This document shows, piece by piece, positions 30,064 through 37,415 of a DNA stretch of 64,000 bases. The notes beneath the pieces are model-generated. The model ran no database searches and was not told where the DNA came from. It was given only the letters and a program-made list of their open reading frames with translations. The stretch's first letter is position 1. Every line of letters begins with the position of its first letter. The position numbers were made by a program, and so were the translations under genes. The stretch comes from Bacteroidales bacterium (lineage in GTDB: Bacteria > Bacteroidota > Bacteroidia > Bacteroidales > VadinHA17), in the NCBI GenBank assembly GCA_046484805.1, contig JAWOIF010000157.1, positions 35,000 to 98,999 of the forward strand, given 5' to 3'.

Positions 30064-30098
30064 TTAGAGGCAAAGAATCAAATAATCTTTGCCTCTAA
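30064..30098 (-). terminator. Perfect 13-bp hairpin downstream of the toxin operon (possible terminator)
   Basis: TTAGAGGCAAAGA (30064-30076) pairs with TCTTTGCCTCTAA (30086-30098) across a 9-nt loop. The flanking T-runs are weak in both orientations, so function and strand are uncertain. Confidence 0.4.
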
Positions 30099-30196
30099 GA
30101 TTTAATTTAATTCCCATATGGATAAGGATAAATTGGTCTTGGCGCAACATATGTATTATCTACTGGTGTTGTTGGTTGCGTTATATTTGATTTTGG

Positions 30197-30428
30197 TCAA
30201 TTCTTATGTAATTCATAAGCTCCGGCGGTACTAATCGCAGGCCAAAACCATTTTGGAGGTCTACTTCCGGGAGGATAATACTTATCATTTTGTAATCGAT
30301 TAATTTCTGGGTCAAAACTCCAATCAGTTGGATTGCCACGACTTGTTGTTGTTCTTTCCAAATTTGGATTTAAAATACTTTTACCTGCTAAGTGCAAAAT
30401 TATTGCCGATGTAATTCCAAAAACTCAT
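30197..30428 (-). pseudogene. Small ORF with hydrophobic N-terminus, split by a frameshift at a T5 (plus-strand A5) run
   Basis: The ATG at 30428 opens only 15 codons (MSFWNYIGNNFALSR*). The 66-codon track ORF (30197-30397, TTG start) is in the adjacent frame. Deleting one T at 30419-30423 would give MSFGITSAIILHLAGKSILNPN...AYELHKN. Confidence 0.4.
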
Positions 30429-30452
30429 TCCCCTCCCTGTGAACCGACCTCT

Positions 30453-30923
30453 CTATAATTCAACCTCTAAATTATCTATAACCTCCTTTTTACCATTACA
30501 ATATTTTACAAAAACAAACTCTAAATTCTCATATTTCAACTTAGTATATCCAACCACATTATCCGTTTTATCGAGTTCAGCTACTTTAACGCTATCTAAC
30601 AGAGAAGAATTACTTTGAAATGCTACGAAAACAAACGTCTTTTCAGATTTATCTTTATACTTTACCTCAATATAATTCATTGAGGTATAATTGTTATAGT
30701 TAAAATTGTATTTAGCAATTTTGTATTCGGAAGCAACTTCACCAGTTAATGTAGAACAGACAATGTTTTTGTATAGAGATTCTGCTATATTATCCCAGTC
30801 ATCATAAGCTTCTCCATCTTCCCATTTTATTTTTGCTTTTTCAAGCCAAGGAATTATTGCCAATAATGCGCCTCTGAATATTACTACTAAATCGGTTACA
30901 GATGTTTTCAATTTGTTGCTCAT
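30453..30923 (-). CDS. Putative cognate immunity protein of the RHS toxin (unknown family)
   Basis: The ATG at 30923 lies 2 nt after the RHS stop codon (30926-30928). The product is 156 aa (MSNKLKTSVTDLVVIFRGALLAIIPWLEK...) with no signal peptide. The longer track ORF start (31040) would overlap the toxin gene and was rejected. Confidence 0.6.
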   Translation of the reverse strand: MSNKLKTSVTDLVVIFRGALLAIIPWLEKAKIKWEDGEAYDDWDNIAESLYKNIVCSTLTGEVASEYKIAKYNFNYNNYTSMNYIEVKYKDKSEKTFVFVAFQSNSSLLDSVKVAELDKTDNVVGYTKLKYENLEFVFVKYCNGKKEVIDNLEVEL

Positions 30924-30925
30924 AA

Positions 30926-33900
30926 TTAATTTCCCCATATTCGTTTTATTAGATTTAGTTGCTCTTGTGTCGGTGCCACTTTCGGTCCAAATCCTTGACC
31001 TGGTATTACTGACTTCGCCCTTTCCCTTGTTATATCCCAAATCACCTGTCCTTGTTGATTAGTAATAAGAACTCTACCTTCTACACCACCTTTAACAACC
31101 GAATTAGCGGGACCAGTAGCGTTCTTTAGCAATTGGCCACTTCTACCTCCTTTAATAACGATATCTGAGTGAGTTGCAAGATTGCTTACCCCCTTACTGG
31201 CAACTACTGTAGTTTTAGCACCAAAATTTATCGTAGAAGCCTTTCCTAAAGTAAAAACTTCCCCAGCACATACCAAAAACCAACCAGCTGCATTCAAGTA
31301 GTCACCAGCATAAATTGCATCCATTGTTCTTGCACTTGAACTTAAACCAGGCCAATTGTAAATGCTGTACCAAGCTTGCCCCCTTCCATTTGTGGCCATT
31401 ACTGCATCCTTTGCGCGCCAGCGAATTGGTTTTTCAGGATTGACTACTACCTCAGGGATAACGAATGCATTTTCCCAATCAGAATTCTCGAAAGAAGCAG
31501 AATTGGTGCCATAATCAATTTCCGGGTTATCGCCGGTAGTACTTTCAGGGATTGAGGAAGATCCTCCTCCATTGAAAATTCTTTTCAAGAAATCCTTCAG
31601 CCATCCTCGCTTATAACCTGTTGGATCAATATATTTTAACGGGTTATTCAGGCAGTAAGTATACCTGTTGAAGTTCTGGACATTTGAGGGTGACTGTATG
31701 AACGGGTCAGGACTCAGGAACATAGCAAGCAACGGATCATAAACTCTGCCATTCATATTAATTATTCCGAAATCATCGAGATGCTGGTGTCCTGTGAAAC
31801 CTCTGTCAAACCGAAATTCCGTGTTAAAGGTGTCAAAATCCCAGTCATCTGTGGACCTCCTGCGACCCCAGGGATCAAAGCTCAACCACTCTTCGGCAGT
31901 CCCTGAGCTGTTTGTAATAACATCAAATGAGCCCAGGATGTCGCTATGAATATAGAAGATGGAATCTCCCCCTGTCTTAGACTCCAGAATAGCAGATAGT
32001 CCTGATGGGGTATATATGTAGTAAAGCTCCCTTGTACCCTTTACCGTGTCTACTTCCTTTTCATAACTACCGAGTGCGAAGTATTTAGTAAGTCTGGTCA
32101 CCGAGTTCTCTTCCTGAATAGTCTTTATTCTTCTCTGATCCGGTCCGTAGGTTATGGAAAGGTTCTTGTTAAGGATTCCATCCGAGACTGAAACTGTGTT
32201 TATCTTATTGAACTTTGTATATGTAATGTTCTGAGTGGGGAGGTTCTCAATAAGTGGGGTTCTGTCAGTAATGGAGTCAAGGCGGTGCACATAGGTTGGA
32301 TTATAGCAAAATGTTCCGACATCGCGCTTCGATATTATATTGCCTAAGCCTCCTGAATCATATGTTAACGACAGAGTGTCAGTCCCTATAACTGCGGTAA
32401 TTAACCTGTCCTGGCTGTCATAAGTAAAATACTCTTCGTTGTATGTGCCGGAAGAATTCAGACCTTTTCGCTTAACAATATTACCAAAGGTACTACTAAA
32501 ATCATAATCCCAGTCCTGTATTTGAATAGTTCCTTTTACTGATTCAATCTTATCAAGGTAACCATACTGATCAAAAGAGATAGTGGTATTTACCCCGTTG
32601 CCCAAATCGTAATTATCTATAATTCCGTATTGGTTCATACTATTGGCTTGCCAAATCGTAGTAAGGCTTGAAGATACTTCAAGATTAACCTGGTTCAGAT
32701 AACCATAGTTATTGTAATCATATGAAATGGTTGCAAAATTGTTAAATCCGGCAGAAGAGATGTCTCCATTTGCGAGGTAAGAGTACTGTGCAGTAAAGAT
32801 GTTTCCAGGCTCAATCCTTTCAGACTTTGATGCAACCCTGAATAAAGAGTCGTAGGTGAAGGTATGTTCAGATCCGTTGGTCGATAAAATGCTTGTAAGA
32901 TAGCTTGAGGAAGAATTGTAAGTGTATGTAATGGTATCCCCACCAAGCCTTGCAACCTTAGTTAATCTTCCAAGAGGATCATATTCCATATCAACAACAC
33001 TGCCTTCAGCATCTGTTTGCCTTATAAGCTCTCCGTATATATTGTAATCATAATCTGTTATTCCGGCATCAATATCGATCAGCTCATCCTGGAATCCATA
33101 CTGATCATAAGTGATGACGGTTGTCCCTGAGGGTGAGGTAATAGACGTTACCTTGCCGTCTGGATTATAAGCATATTGAATTGTTCCTCCTGGTTCTGTT
33201 GTCTCAACAATCAAACCGGATTCATCAATTTCCCGGGAAAAAGATCTGTTACCTTTTGTTATGGTTGTTTTCAGCGGTGTGTAAGTATAGCTGGTTGTAA
33301 CATTCTGTGGAAAAACGGTTTCTGAGGAGAGCCTGTTTTTAGAATCATAATTGTATTCAACATACTGTGTTCTGCTTTCACCATCAAAATAAGGGGAATA
33401 GGCTTTATTAATCCTGCCATTAACGTCATACTCTTTGTCTGTAATCAGGAATGTTCCGTCAAAGCCCTGAGTCTTGGCTCTGACTTCTCTGCCAAGAATA
33501 TCATAGAAAGTATATGTAACAGGATTGCCGGATGAACTGGTTTTAACATAATAGAGATCATCAGCATTTTCCACTCCACATGACCAACCCAGATTTATAT
33601 ATTCTGTATTGCCTGATGGATACTCTACCGTGGTTATATTACCAAAAGCATCATAAGAGAATTTTGTTGAGAGGCCATTATGATCAACACTGCTTTTGAG
33701 CCCTCCTGAAGATTGGAAGTAAGAATATGTTGTTGTCTTTCCAAGTGGATTGGTATTTGAGACCATGAATCTCTTCCTTGGAGATTCCCAACTCATTTCA
33801 GTAGTCTTTGACGTTGTACCATCACTTATCTGAATAGAGGTAGAATTACCATAGTTATCATAAGTATACGTAACCCTCAGAGTATCTGTTGTACCGAATA

Positions 33901-36730
33901 ATCTCGTTTCTTTTTTTAGTTTTCCGGAAAGATAGTATTCATACAGGTTGTTTCTGACAATGGTATCACCCCCTCGGGTTGTCATAATTATTTCATTATG
34001 AGGCATTCCATGACCTGTAAAGTTCGAATATGCTTCTACGACACTCACTGTTATATTATCATTCAAATCCATGAATTTGGTTACTGTGGATGTTATGTTC
34101 CCAAGAGTGTCTATTGTTGCTGACACCTGATTTTTTACGTCGTTACTTATATCATAGTCTGTAGAGAGACTACGATATGCAAAAAATCTTTTCCCATCAA
34201 ACAAAGAATCGATTGATTGTTCATATTCTTGCCTTTGCACGAGTTCGCCACCAAAGAAAATTCTTGTTTGTGAAAGGTAGGTATTGAAAAACAGGGTGTC
34301 ATAGGAGAGTTCTATTATTGTGCTGTCTGTGGTTATATTGTCGCAGATGAAGTTTTTCGTAAAACCAAGCGACCCTTTGCCCCGAAGGTGTTCCTTTAGA
34401 TTGGAGTAATAATATGTTTTTTCACCTAATAAGACTTCTGTATTATCATTATATATCTTTACATTATGAACTACTTTTTTAGGGTAAATAGCTCTTCTTA
34501 CATATGAATGAAATGTTTCAGATTCTGTAAGATAGATACTGGAATTAGTAAGCAGGCCATATTGGATATGATGAGTCAGGTTCAGCCCATTGGTGATAGC
34601 AACAATCAAACCCCTTTTGTCTCCCGGGTAAAACTCCAAAACTTTGTCCCCTCCATTATTCATCATAATAAGAAGGTCTGTTGTTCCATCAAAGTTATTG
34701 TCCAGCAGATTCGAGTATCTCGGTTTTTGAGCCCCCGAATAAATGGATTCGGTTTTGAACTGAAGGCCGGTACTTATATACATGTCTTCTGTAAGAATGT
34801 CGGTATAGGTCATAGCCTCTCCCGGAATACCGGTTGCTTCTTTAATATATAATGATTTAAATATATCTGTTTTACCGTCCCTGTTGAAATCATGAACGAA
34901 TAATTGAAGACTTAGCTCTTCGTAATAAGTAATGGGTTCAGGCTCGCCACCTAAAGGAGGTTCTCCGCCAACTGGCTGACCAACAAAGGAGTAAATAGAT
35001 ATTGGGCCTTGAACAGAATGGAAAGTTTCTCCGTCAGAAAAGGCAATTCTGGTTCGTATTGAGTCCGGTATCGAATACTTGTCAACTAACAACAAATCTG
35101 TCTTCCCATCACCGTTAAAATCACCACTATAGTATTCATCATTATAAGAATTATAATAATAACTGACGAGGATTCTAAAGTCCTCATCATATTTAACATA
35201 TTCATATATTTTGAATACGCCGTTATTCTCAGTAAGAATATCCGACTTTCCATTACCATTAAAATCAATCACAGAAACATTTCTTACACCAGAAAAGGAT
35301 AAAAAGTGCTGACCCTGAATGTTAATACCTTGTATGGTGCCTGATGAATAATAGCCTCCTGAGTAATTGACAAACATTCTATCTATATCTCCATCCCCGT
35401 CAAAATCTCCTGGAATACAGTATCCGACATTGTTTGCCGAAGTGTTATATCTGTAATTTCTGGCACTCACATTAACCAACTCCACTCCATCCAGCTCATA
35501 ATACTTGAAGTCCTCATAATAAGTAGATCGGTATTGCCAATATGTATCATCATCTCCATCAGCGTCATAGTCGAAAACCACAATGCCAATGAAGGCTGAG
35601 TTCAGGACGCCGGAGTCAGTGTTTACATAATCATCTATATCCTCATTATAGAGGTATAATTTCCATACATCTGATGTGCTATATATGGTTTTCTTTGCCA
35701 TTGTAATATAATCAGGTTTGCCATCACCATTAAAGTCACCTGTGAAGATGCGTTTATCGCTTGTTGTAACGGACCCGGCATCTACAAGCCTGGTCGATGG
35801 CAAACTATTAGTCCCCCACTGGAACCTGGTATTATTGAATGAAGATCCATCACCGGCAGATTCACTAATCTCAACTAATTTTGTGTAAAAGTTGGTATTA
35901 TAATCGAAGTCATACCTTCTGACAAGAGTATCATCGCAAATAACTTCTATCTTGTTTATAAGCAGCTTCTGCGGAGTCTCACCGCCAGGGAAGAATACCT
36001 GGTTCTTGTTTTGTCTCGTTTCATATGAGAATGCAATTTCATTATACGGAATCAAATTCTCTGAATTATTTCCTGTATAGTGGATGCTTTCAAGAAAGGA
36101 CTGACCGATAGAATAGTTGTATCCATAATTGAAAGAAATATAATTGCCATGAACATCTGTAATCATTGTAACATTCCAAACAATTGCCCGGGAGTTGTCA
36201 TCCACTACCTTTGAGTTTGACGCATTGCCATACTCAATGACAGTACCATCTTTCATTATTACCTCGAACCATGCGGGACCACTTGTTCCATGTGATATAA
36301 TGGTTGCAAAGGTTTCTGATTCAGTCTTATATGTTGAGTTGTCTCCACCATAAGCACCTGTTGCAGAAATCAGATAATTACCATCAAGTGCAAAAAGATC
36401 ATCGCTATCCATATCAATTGCCTTAACAACTCCATTCATGTAATAGGGCGTAACAACCCTGTAAATGGAAGTAAGCCCTTTAAGATGAAAGTCCTTTCCA
36501 AATAAACCTTCTCCCGAGCAGCTATTGTAATCTATACTTAGCTGGGGGCTCATTCCTCCTGTTCCCGGGGAGGCAAAAACCGGTATTGTATAAGTTGATG
36601 CACCACTTAAAGACACGGAAAAGACTCCTTGTGCAGAGCCGACAATCCTTGTCGTATCAATGACAGAGGGAAAAGCAGAAATATTGAAAGATAATATAAT
36701 GAATATTGCTACGGATATTTGTTTTTTCAT
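30926..36730 (-). CDS. RHS/YD-repeat polymorphic toxin: signal peptide + SpvB-N domain + FG-GAP/VCBS repeats + YD-repeat shell + RHS core + 228-aa C-terminal toxin module
   Basis: 1,934 aa. Signal peptide: MKKQISVAIFIILSFNISAF. SpvB-like: STYTIPVFASPGTGGMSPQLSIDYNS..GLFGKDFHLKGLTSIYR. FG-GAP-type motifs: GDFNGDGKPD, GDFDGDGDID, DFNGNGKSD, GDFNGDGKTD, HDFNRDGKTD. There are many YD repeats (YTYDNYGN, FSYDAFGN, YAYNPDGK, MEYDPLGR...). RHS core: YIHSDILGS...FDPWGRRR...GRVYDPLLAMFLSPDP...NNPLKYIDPTGY. Confidence 0.9.
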   Translation of the reverse strand: MKKQISVAIFIILSFNISAFPSVIDTTRIVGSAQGVFSVSLSGASTYTIPVFASPGTGGMSPQLSIDYNSCSGEGLFGKDFHLKGLTSIYRVVTPYYMNGVVKAIDMDSDDLFALDGNYLISATGAYGGDNSTYKTESETFATIISHGTSGPAWFEVIMKDGTVIEYGNASNSKVVDDNSRAIVWNVTMITDVHGNYISFNYGYNYSIGQSFLESIHYTGNNSENLIPYNEIAFSYETRQNKNQVFFPGGETPQKLLINKIEVICDDTLVRRYDFDYNTNFYTKLVEISESAGDGSSFNNTRFQWGTNSLPSTRLVDAGSVTTSDKRIFTGDFNGDGKPDYITMAKKTIYSTSDVWKLYLYNEDIDDYVNTDSGVLNSAFIGIVVFDYDADGDDDTYWQYRSTYYEDFKYYELDGVELVNVSARNYRYNTSANNVGYCIPGDFDGDGDIDRMFVNYSGGYYSSGTIQGINIQGQHFLSFSGVRNVSVIDFNGNGKSDILTENNGVFKIYEYVKYDEDFRILVSYYYNSYNDEYYSGDFNGDGKTDLLLVDKYSIPDSIRTRIAFSDGETFHSVQGPISIYSFVGQPVGGEPPLGGEPEPITYYEELSLQLFVHDFNRDGKTDIFKSLYIKEATGIPGEAMTYTDILTEDMYISTGLQFKTESIYSGAQKPRYSNLLDNNFDGTTDLLIMMNNGGDKVLEFYPGDKRGLIVAITNGLNLTHHIQYGLLTNSSIYLTESETFHSYVRRAIYPKKVVHNVKIYNDNTEVLLGEKTYYYSNLKEHLRGKGSLGFTKNFICDNITTDSTIIELSYDTLFFNTYLSQTRIFFGGELVQRQEYEQSIDSLFDGKRFFAYRSLSTDYDISNDVKNQVSATIDTLGNITSTVTKFMDLNDNITVSVVEAYSNFTGHGMPHNEIIMTTRGGDTIVRNNLYEYYLSGKLKKETRLFGTTDTLRVTYTYDNYGNSTSIQISDGTTSKTTEMSWESPRKRFMVSNTNPLGKTTTYSYFQSSGGLKSSVDHNGLSTKFSYDAFGNITTVEYPSGNTEYINLGWSCGVENADDLYYVKTSSSGNPVTYTFYDILGREVRAKTQGFDGTFLITDKEYDVNGRINKAYSPYFDGESRTQYVEYNYDSKNRLSSETVFPQNVTTSYTYTPLKTTITKGNRSFSREIDESGLIVETTEPGGTIQYAYNPDGKVTSITSPSGTTVITYDQYGFQDELIDIDAGITDYDYNIYGELIRQTDAEGSVVDMEYDPLGRLTKVARLGGDTITYTYNSSSSYLTSILSTNGSEHTFTYDSLFRVASKSERIEPGNIFTAQYSYLANGDISSAGFNNFATISYDYNNYGYLNQVNLEVSSSLTTIWQANSMNQYGIIDNYDLGNGVNTTISFDQYGYLDKIESVKGTIQIQDWDYDFSSTFGNIVKRKGLNSSGTYNEEYFTYDSQDRLITAVIGTDTLSLTYDSGGLGNIISKRDVGTFCYNPTYVHRLDSITDRTPLIENLPTQNITYTKFNKINTVSVSDGILNKNLSITYGPDQRRIKTIQEENSVTRLTKYFALGSYEKEVDTVKGTRELYYIYTPSGLSAILESKTGGDSIFYIHSDILGSFDVITNSSGTAEEWLSFDPWGRRRSTDDWDFDTFNTEFRFDRGFTGHQHLDDFGIINMNGRVYDPLLAMFLSPDPFIQSPSNVQNFNRYTYCLNNPLKYIDPTGYKRGWLKDFLKRIFNGGGSSSIPESTTGDNPEIDYGTNSASFENSDWENAFVIPEVVVNPEKPIRWRAKDAVMATNGRGQAWYSIYNWPGLSSSARTMDAIYAGDYLNAAGWFLVCAGEVFTLGKASTINFGAKTTVVASKGVSNLATHSDIVIKGGRSGQLLKNATGPANSVVKGGVEGRVLITNQQGQVIWDITRERAKSVIPGQGFGPKVAPTQEQLNLIKRIWGN

Positions 36731-36775
36731 AACAGGCTTTTTTATAATGACTTATTGTAGCATCATCTTATACAT

Positions 36776-37225
36776 TTATCTATACCCCGATTTAATAATC
36801 TTCCAGTCATATACTTCTTTTTCCATTCGAATGCGGAGAACATAAACCCCATCCCTCAATCCTGTAAGGTCGACCTCCATTTCATTGGAGTTGATGGCTT
36901 TTGTTAAGAGAAGATTCCCATTTAAGTTGTATACAAAATACTTAGACCTAAATCCTACTTCAAACCCTGAGAGTTCAATTTTTATTTTGCCCCTGGTGGG
37001 ATTAGGAAAGACTTTCATGAAGAATTCCTGTTCAACCTTTATTGGTTTAAATTCTTCAGGCGTCGTAACCGGAAATTCAAGAGGCATCAATTGCTCAATA
37101 ACAATTTCCCTGCAAGTCCTGTTGCCATTTGCATCATAGGAATAAAATTGTCCTCTTCCCTGTCCTGCTAAATGTAAACAAGAAGACAGGAGGAAAATTA
37201 AGAAAATTAAGGTTCCTTGTTTCAT
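36776..37225 (-). CDS. Small secreted protein: signal/lipobox + one YD repeat + T9SS type-A C-terminal sorting domain
   Basis: I prefer the ATG at 37225 over the TTG at 37273. 149 aa: MKQGTLIFLIFLLSSC (signal/lipobox), FYSYDANGNRT (YD motif), then KVFPNPTRGKIKIEL...VYNLNGNLL...GVYVLRI...KIIK (Por secretion tail pattern). It ends 45 bp upstream of the RHS start. Confidence 0.7.
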   Translation of the reverse strand: MKQGTLIFLIFLLSSCLHLAGQGRGQFYSYDANGNRTCREIVIEQLMPLEFPVTTPEEFKPIKVEQEFFMKVFPNPTRGKIKIELSGFEVGFRSKYFVYNLNGNLLLTKAINSNEMEVDLTGLRDGVYVLRIRMEKEVYDWKIIKSGYR

Positions 37226-37415
37226 GATGTGATATAGTATTGGTGACAGATCGAATTGTATTGCAGAAAGCAAATTACATCATAGATTTAGCTTTACCAA
37301 ATCTTTTTTCAGATGAAAAACCCAAAATATAGTTGATATACAGGCCTGGTTGAAAATTTGGAATGACAACTATTAAGTTAGTATAACTCGGTCCAGCAGA
37401 GATAATGATATGCAC

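Larger units (their letters stand above)
29856..37415. other. AT-rich accessory islet carrying an RHS polymorphic-toxin module
   Basis: All four ORFs are on the minus strand. Hand counts of single 60-nt lines give 21/60 G+C at 33001-33060 and 16/60 at 35101-35160 inside the islet, against 33/60 at 27001-27060 and 33/60 at 38101-38160 outside it. The islet is bounded by two related hairpins. No integrase, transposase or adjacent tRNA is present. Confidence 0.65.

Noticed and set aside
30107-30196. 29 further in-frame, Pro-rich codons (PKSNITQPTTPVDNTYVAPRPIYPYPYGN) after the TGA of the small ORF, hinting at stop-codon read-through or recoding
   Set aside because: There is no supporting signal (no SECIS-like element, and no other evidence of TGA reassignment). 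Every other gene in the window terminates normally, some at TGA. It is most simply chance or a decayed gene remnant.
30924-31040. Longer 195-aa version of the immunity ORF, starting at 31040
   Set aside because: The extra 39 codons overlap the 3' end of the RHS gene in another frame. The internal ATG at 30923 sits 2 nt after the toxin stop, which is the expected coupling.
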